Source of the DNA: an uncultured Gammaproteobacteria bacterium
GTDB taxonomy: Bacteria; Patescibacteriota; Microgenomatia; Daviesbacterales; UBA10151
Length of the DNA: 64,000 nucleotides
Direction: 5' to 3'
NCBI GenBank assembly: GCA_964636275.1
Contig: CAZWRN010000001.1
Coordinates: 22,070 to 86,069 of the forward strand
The translations under genes and the position numbers were made by a program. This document shows, piece by piece, positions 60,731 to 64,000 of this stretch (the stretch's first letter is position 1; each line of letters starts with the position of its first letter). The notes under the pieces are model-generated. The model saw only the letters and a program-made list of their open reading frames with translations. It had not been told where the DNA came from and ran no database searches.

Positions 60731-62497
60731 CTATTTAGTTCTGGCCTTGTTTGTTACTCGGTATTCCAAATATCTGCCAAACATCAGCGAAGTTTGGGCA
60801 TCAATGGCTGGGATTGTGGTGATTGTTACTAAAACAACAGGGACCAATAAATATTGGAGATAAGACCAGAACCATTTCACAAATGGCCAGTGTTTGGGAC
60901 GGGGCGGAGCTGTTTTTTCATGAACAAAGATGGTCGCAAAAAGTCCCAAAAAAGCGACAGTTAGAATCCAGGATGAGACAATTGGTAAATTGATGGCGAT
61001 GACTGATTGGGCGTAGGTCGGGTTGACCAGAGGGATCACAAGTCCGGCAAATGTGACGATCAGGGCTAAAGATCCCCAACGTAAATTACCCCAAAGCACA
61101 AAAAGCAGTTTATCTGTTTTGTCCCAAAAATCGATATCTTGTCTTCTGAAATATTCTTTAAAGGCGTAAGGAACATGTTCAACGCCATAAGCCCAGCGTT
61201 TGAGTTGTTGGTACTGATTGACAAATGTTTTAAGTAAATTGGTATCAAGGTTGGTATCTCCATTGATAGGGATATAGTGGGGGATCACTTTATAATCCCC
61301 TTTAAAATGGAAATAGGCTTTCCAATAAAAGCCTGAATCATCATTTACTTTATTGGGTATCCAGCCGCCAATCTCTTTTAGGGACTGTAAATTGATAGTT
61401 AAAGAGGAAAAATTCATGTACTTGTCTGATCCGTACATTTCGGCTAGTTGCCAAAAGGCTGTACCGGTAGAAATCAATCGCATCGGAGTGGGAGAAGACC
61501 AGTAATTGTTGTAGTAGAAAAAGGAGCCAGTAAATGATCTTTTATCTCGTTCTTCTACAGGTGTGGAGAGGTATTTATGTAGAGCTCCTGATAACAGATC
61601 TTTATCTATGACAAAGTCCGCATCCAAAGTGGTTACTAGAACTTTATGAAGGGGAATCCCTTTTCTCTCCAATTCTTTAATAGCATTTTTGTACATACAG
61701 TTGCGGTTGGTAGCCGGGCCTTTGATTTCGCCCGGTTGCAGTTCATGAATAGTGATAAAGACATCTCCGATGATTTTTTTATAATGTTCAAGCTGTTTAA
61801 TAATTCCGTTTACTTGCTCTCGATCTGCCCAGGCTTCAAAACCGACACAAAGGTATATTTGTTTTTTAGGATACGAAGAGTTGGCAACAGCTTCAAAGGC
61901 TGGTTTTAATACTTCAATACTTTCCTTATACGTTGGTAGCAATATGATATGATGATAGGTGTCCCACTCAGTTGGGAAATCTTCTTTCAGCTTTTTAAGC
62001 CAATCCTGTTTTTTAGCCCAAGTGAGTTTACGATAACCAAGTAAAATCAGAACGGCATTTTTAAGTGCAGTGATCAGCCAGTAAGCCTGAGCAGCGATGA
62101 TAAAGTAAGCAACAGCAAAAGGAAACGTAAATGAGAGCCAGATTGGAGAGGTAAGAGCGGTCCAAGTGAGAGCGCCAGGCAGTATTTCCAAAGCTCTTTC
62201 AATTTTTGTTTCATGTTTGCGGGCGAAGTCGAGTTCCACTCGTTCGGAGATGATGTAGCGCTGTGTGAGTAGATGGTAGAGTGTGATGGCAACACCGATA
62301 CCACCTAGAAAGACTGAAAGTAAGGTATCGATAGGCTGAGGAATCCAATAATGACCAAAAATTCCTATTATAAATGAGGCTAGTATAGTAACTAATCCGA
62401 TTATACTGGGTATTGGGCGTTTAAAAACCCGGTCGAAACCATTACTTATTAGAAAGAAGATTAAAAAACCGGTGATAAATGAGAGTAAGATACGCAT
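60731..62497 (-). CDS. Membrane-embedded GT2 processive glycosyltransferase (cellulose/chitin synthase-like)
   Basis: TTLDADF (DxD) and QQLKRWAYG (QxxRW); flanking TM helices. Confidence 0.7.
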   Translation of the reverse strand: MRILLSFITGFLIFFLISNGFDRVFKRPIPSIIGLVTILASFIIGIFGHYWIPQPIDTLLSVFLGGIGVAITLYHLLTQRYIISERVELDFARKHETKIERALEILPGALTWTALTSPIWLSFTFPFAVAYFIIAAQAYWLITALKNAVLILLGYRKLTWAKKQDWLKKLKEDFPTEWDTYHHIILLPTYKESIEVLKPAFEAVANSSYPKKQIYLCVGFEAWADREQVNGIIKQLEHYKKIIGDVFITIHELQPGEIKGPATNRNCMYKNAIKELERKGIPLHKVLVTTLDADFVIDKDLLSGALHKYLSTPVEERDKRSFTGSFFYYNNYWSSPTPMRLISTGTAFWQLAEMYGSDKYMNFSSLTINLQSLKEIGGWIPNKVNDDSGFYWKAYFHFKGDYKVIPHYIPINGDTNLDTNLLKTFVNQYQQLKRWAYGVEHVPYAFKEYFRRQDIDFWDKTDKLLFVLWGNLRWGSLALIVTFAGLVIPLVNPTYAQSVIAINLPIVSSWILTVAFLGLFATIFVHEKTAPPRPKHWPFVKWFWSYLQYLLVPVVLVTITTIPAIDAQTSLMFGRYLEYRVTNKARTK

Positions 62498-62617
62498 CTT
62501 TTATAATTTTCCCCTTTTCAGACACTTTAGTCAATGACAGGGCAGTTAAAACTTGTGGTATTTTACGCATAGTATCAGTCAATTGCAATTGGTTATTAGA
62601 TAGGGTGATAATGAATT

Positions 62618-63649
62618 ATGCTGATGAAAACTGTCCAATCAATGCTATTTTTGTTTATTCTGGGTGATCTGGTTTTAGTAAATGGGTTATTTTTAGCTGA
62701 TTCAATTAAAGGGTTTCACTCTTTGGTAGATAAAGTTGGTATTGATCCGATTGTTTTTTTAGTTTTATCTCTGGCAGCTATAGTTGGTTTGCGTATTTGG
62801 AAACAATCTATCATTCCACAGATCTTTTTCTACACCTACCTATATATATTAGTACCGGTACTTACAATTTTGGCTATTGTTTTGACTTATATTGAACTTT
62901 CACATTATTATAATTTTCTTTATAGCCAGTATTTCATTTATTTTGAGAGGGTATCGATGTGGGCGATCTCGAGTTGGTTGATGGTGCTGGTACTGTCTCC
63001 CCAAAAAATGTGGAAAAAACAATGGCAGAATATTGTTTTTATATTACCTGTAGTTTTTTTAGCCGGAATGACTTTGATCTGGATGTGGCCTCAAGATGTG
63101 TTTATAGGCTTGGTTAAAGAAGATAATTTGATTGAAAATCTTCAAGTGTTGGTTTTATTGGCTGGGGCAACTGGAGCATTTTTGTTAGCGAATAAATTTA
63201 TTAAAACTAAGCTATTTTTTATAGCAACCATTTTTATAGTTGGGGGAGCAGGATTATTATTTATTGCTGGTGATGAAATCTCTTGGGGTCAGCGGTTGTT
63301 GGGTTTTGGAACACCGTCAGATCTGGCCGCAGAAAATGTCCAGAATGAAGTGACCGTCCACAATATCGAGGGCATTCATCAGTTGGTAGGATATGGTTAT
63401 ATCTTGACTGGACTTTATGGGGCATTTGCCTGGATTTTGGCAGATAATTTTCTGAAAAAATATTATCGCTGGACAAAATACTTTGTTCCACCGGCATATT
63501 TATTTTTCTTTTTCTATCTGAGTTTAGTTTACAACTCATATGCACTGGGAGGAGTAAACAACTTTAAAGAGTGGTCAGAGGTGGCAGAGCTTTTTTTGTA
63601 TAGTGGAATTGGGCTATTTTTAATAATTGTATTAAAAAAGAAGAATTAA
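62618..63649 (+). CDS. Polytopic membrane protein of unknown function
   Basis: 343 aa with about 9 TM helices. Confidence 0.45.
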   Translation: MLMKTVQSMLFLFILGDLVLVNGLFLADSIKGFHSLVDKVGIDPIVFLVLSLAAIVGLRIWKQSIIPQIFFYTYLYILVPVLTILAIVLTYIELSHYYNFLYSQYFIYFERVSMWAISSWLMVLVLSPQKMWKKQWQNIVFILPVVFLAGMTLIWMWPQDVFIGLVKEDNLIENLQVLVLLAGATGAFLLANKFIKTKLFFIATIFIVGGAGLLFIAGDEISWGQRLLGFGTPSDLAAENVQNEVTVHNIEGIHQLVGYGYILTGLYGAFAWILADNFLKKYYRWTKYFVPPAYLFFFFYLSLVYNSYALGGVNNFKEWSEVAELFLYSGIGLFLIIVLKKKN

Positions 63650-63650
63650 A

Positions 63651-64000
63651 ATGCCAAACGAATCAAGCTCAAATCTAGAAGTATTTACTCCAATGATTGA
63701 TCCTGCTGTTAAGAAGCAAGGAATAAAGGCTTATATTGGCCAGATTCAGGAGAAATATCAGCGAAAGATTCCCCAAATAGTACAAACTAATGAAACTGTC
63801 CCAAAAAGGATAATTCCTCCAAAGTGGGTAATAGAAGAAACAGCCCGGTTAGCGGAGTTGGATCCGACAACTGATCCAGAGCAATACAGAAAAGATGTTA
63901 AATACTTGGAATATTTTGATAGATCATTGTATGGGGAAGTTGGTAAAAATTTGACCTTACCTAGATCATTAACCCAGAGGAAAATTTGGGCTTTGGAAGA
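63651..64000 (+). CDS. Hypothetical protein, 3' end truncated by the window edge
   Basis: ATG at 63651 with an open frame to the end of the sequence (MPNESSSNLEVFTPMIDPAVKK...). Confidence 0.35.
   Translation, partial: MPNESSSNLEVFTPMIDPAVKKQGIKAYIGQIQEKYQRKIPQIVQTNETVPKRIIPPKWVIEETARLAELDPTTDPEQYRKDVKYLEYFDRSLYGEVGKNLTLPRSLTQRKIWALE

Noticed and set aside
1-64000. Alternative genetic code (UGA recoding, as in some CPR lineages)
   Set aside because: Highly conserved genes (groEL, dnaA, dnaN, valS, tsaD) read through at full length with standard stops, so the standard bacterial code fits.
1-64000. tRNA or rRNA genes in the intergenic gaps
   Set aside because: None of the gaps over 100 bp (8120-8288, 13372-13969, 28436-28590, 35532-35894, 39542-39905, 41573-41744, 48831-49033) shows a cloverleaf-compatible GTTC..GAAC T-arm or acceptor pairing by eye. 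tRNAscan or Infernal would be needed to be sure.

Overview
This 64 kb window is a chromosomal segment that contains the replication origin of a small-genome bacterium. The gene content looks like Patescibacteria/CPR: a DUF4012 fusion, many tiny membrane proteins, a reduced ValRS, standard genetic code and roughly 40% GC. Coding density is high on both strands.

The window has three parts:

- **(i) 1..23205, accessory island.** I read this as a monoderm-type type IV secretion / conjugative-pilus-like apparatus.
  - Apparatus parts:
    - six tandem paralogous small double-TM pilin-like proteins (VirB2/TrbC-like topology);
    - a secreted protein made of about 13 tandem 16-aa repeats;
    - a VirB6/TrbL-like polytopic membrane protein;
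    - a PrgI/VirB3-like protein fused to a beta-sandwich domain;
    - a VirB4-family ATPase that appears split into an N-terminal-domain ORF and an ATPase ORF by a roughly 90-bp palindromic element;
    - a membrane-anchored DUF11 plus Rpf/SLT-like (VirB1-like) peptidoglycan hydrolase;
    - a secreted M23-like plus C39-like cysteine-rich hydrolase.
  - Unknowns: several large hydrophilic or coiled-coil proteins, one of which has a C-terminal J-domain-like module.
  - Absent: no relaxase, VirD4 or integrase is visible.
- **(ii) 23297..29037, oriC core.** Gene order is dnaN, a membrane-anchored Hjc-like PD-(D/E)xK nuclease, a DnaA-box cluster, dnaA, rpmH, rnpA, yidD, yidC, jag. CCAAT-rich palindromic elements recur here; one more copy sits upstream of virB4.
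- **(iii) 29034..64000, housekeeping and envelope genes.**
  - Housekeeping and other genes: rnhA, rplY, a T-box-regulated valS, tsaD, ligT, a VanW protein, a solute-binding protein, murB, groES-groEL with an extra ORF inserted between them, a PrkA-like kinase, an M23 peptidase, an SGNH hydrolase and a NUDIX hydrolase.
  - Envelope glycan genes: an O-antigen ligase-like protein, a Wzx-like flippase, an epimerase-DUF4012 fusion, a UbiA-family prenyltransferase, a GT4 MraY/WecA-like transferase and a GT2 QxxRW synthase.
  - Dispersed short repeat families recur in the intergenic regions: an AAAGTATAAAG motif and a TAATTAGTAATTAGAA motif.

No rRNA, tRNA, CRISPR or transposase was recognised.
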